From positions 4,588,001 to 4,652,000 of the forward strand of contig OU015568.1 in the NCBI GenBank assembly GCA_907165135.1: DNA of 64,000 bases, in the 5' to 3' direction. This document shows, in pieces, positions 62,196 to 64,000 of the stretch. The notes under the pieces were generated by a model. That model made no database searches, was not told the DNA's origin, and saw only the letters and a list, made by a program, of their open reading frames with translations. The stretch's first letter is position 1, and every line of letters starts with the position of its first letter. The stretch is from Oikopleura dioica. Taxonomy: Eukaryota > Animalia > Chordata. The position numbers were made by a program, and so were the translations under genes.

Positions 62196-63424
62196 GCTCA
62201 GTTTTTGACAAAAGTGGGAGAATTAGTGCTTGCTCTTAAAACTGTGAGCTCAGCTAAATTCAAAATGGTCAGCTCAGCTCAACTCAATGACCTCTGAAGG
62301 AGACCCACTCAGCTTAGCTTCATTCAGCAAATCTTTACAAAGGTCAGAAAACTTGCAACTCTGCTTCAGTCTCGTGGCATTGCTTCATCAAATGGCCGCA
62401 GTAATCCATCGTCGCTATTTGAACGCATTGTTTGTAGTTTCGGTGACAGGTGGATGTCAGAAAAGTCGGTTCTCCTCGGAATCTTTGAAGAGAGTACCAG
62501 TTTGCTGAAATGTTTGAATAAATGAGTGACAACCGACAAAACTTACTGATGAGGATGATGGTCATCCAGAAGATCGAACCATTCCCAAGATAGAACATTT
62601 GCTGAGAAGGCGTTGAGAAACCATGTTCTGCCGGGTTCAATTTCTTTAATATTTTCCATGTTGGTGGTTTCTAACAAGGGGTCATCTGTTTTCTATATCA
62701 TATAGAAATAAATATGTTTATAAGTCATTTTATCCGTCAGACAACCGATCCTTCAAGTCTCGTTTTCGCGTGCGTATGCTTCTTGTGGTTAAAACACTTT
62801 CTGGGACCAAGTAGACATTGTCACCTACAAGCTTTAGAACGCCAATGCAGTGGCAGTCCAGGCACTTTAAAAACTAGTTATTTACTGTTGCTTTTTGTCT
62901 TTTTCACCTGAATCTTAGGCTGCTTTATCTGACTCGCCCGGGCTTCTACCGGTATTTCTTCTTCAATAACCATACTGACTTCTCTCTAAAAGAGAAAAAG
63001 GCAAGTTTGAAGATGTGAGTTCTGGAAAAAGAGTGCTTATTTATGAGAATCGTCGTCACGACTGCTTGTCTGACACTTCAGCAGGTTGTCTCCGTTTGAA
63101 TATGTCAGCTCTTCTGCTTCACCTTTCCCACCGCCGATTTTTACTAAAAATACTTGTTGTACTCATCGCCTCGGCACGATGAAGGGCAAGCAGGCGCCCC
63201 ATTCGACAATCTGAGTCAGTGTTCTAAAAGAGTTCAATGAAACGCCGCTCTTCAGAACACTGACTAAGGTTTTCTTTGCATGCTACCGAACCCTGGTTAG
63301 GGTGGCTTTTTAAAGAGCTTTTTTGTCCGAAAATTTATCTTTATTGTTTTCAATTTTCTCAGATTGACTCAATTTGGACAGGAAAAATAGTTCACCACCA
63401 TCGGTTAGTATTCTGGAGAGCGAA

Positions 63425-64000
63425 TTAGGTCATGTCCCACTTGGAGAAGGAGTACATGTTGTTGTTGAAGAATCGGCTCATCTGGGCGAATCGGAAGGAA
63501 GATGGGTAGAAGAAGTTCATGTAGTATTGGAAGTCGTGCATCTCGTAGGCATCGATCATGTCTGGACGGAAGATTAAGAGGAAAGAGGATTAATTGTGGT
63601 TTACCGTTGTGGTCTCGGTCGAACATATCAACGATGGTGGAACCGACAGTGGAGTAGAATCCAGCCCAGGCGCGTCGGAACTCTTCTGGGTTGAGTCGGC
63701 CGTCTCTGTTCATGTCGAAGTATTGGAAGTGCATGCTGATGTATCGAGGAGCAAAGTGGGAGACTAAAAATACCGTGAAACTTTGATAAATGGAAAAGGA
63801 GACTTACAAAAGTCCATGTTCATGTCGGAGTCTGAAGTCCAGTGGCAATGAGTCATCATTTGGTAGTCGACGAACTGTCCGCTTCCGCACATTTCGAAGG
63901 ACCGGTACATTGACTGGTCCCATTTTCCTTGCCACTAGGGAAAAATAATCTTGTGAAGTTGAAAAGGATTTCTTACCGATCGAAGAACTCGGTCGGCATT
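63425..64000 (-). CDS. EF-hand protein, 5'-partial, aromatic/Met-rich
   Basis: FDMNRDGRLNPEEF and, after splicing, FDRDHNDMIDAYEM are two EF-hand loops; stop at 63425-63427. Confidence 0.7.

Noticed and set aside
62344-62640. Upstream exons of the kelch-like gene beyond the LTR element
   Set aside because: Cys-containing open frame and splice sites are present, but I could not join them in phase to the 55640 acceptor.

Overview
Gene-dense eukaryotic DNA, most likely the larvacean tunicate Oikopleura. This is an inference from ~40-50 nt introns, frequent GA/GG/GC-AG introns, operon-like gene runs with AG acceptors just before ATGs, and a Ty3/gypsy element. Recognisable genes: alpha-SNAP (5' partial), CCDC113, PPM1G, H2A.Z and a MYORG-like GH31 on +; a secreted double Cu/Zn-SOD protein, PSMD2/Rpn1, MCM4, POLA1 (with an intronic tRNA-Val-AAC), an AJM1-like gene, a Cys-rich/kelch-like gene and an EF-hand gene on -. 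About 43-62 kb is dominated by non-autonomous DNA transposons (hAT, TA-, TTAA-flanked types) and a young but defective 6.4-kb LTR retrotransposon. The most striking signal is that nearly every intron with a non-GT donor has an AG|G donor, a purine-rich acceptor and 7-13 bp inverted repeats pairing its two ends. One such intron, in the POLA1 polymerase domain, is still a recognisable hAT element (perfect TIR, 8-bp TSD) whose TIR supplies the donor. Exon boundaries were traced by eye and homologies are from remembered family sequences; no searches or RNA data were available.
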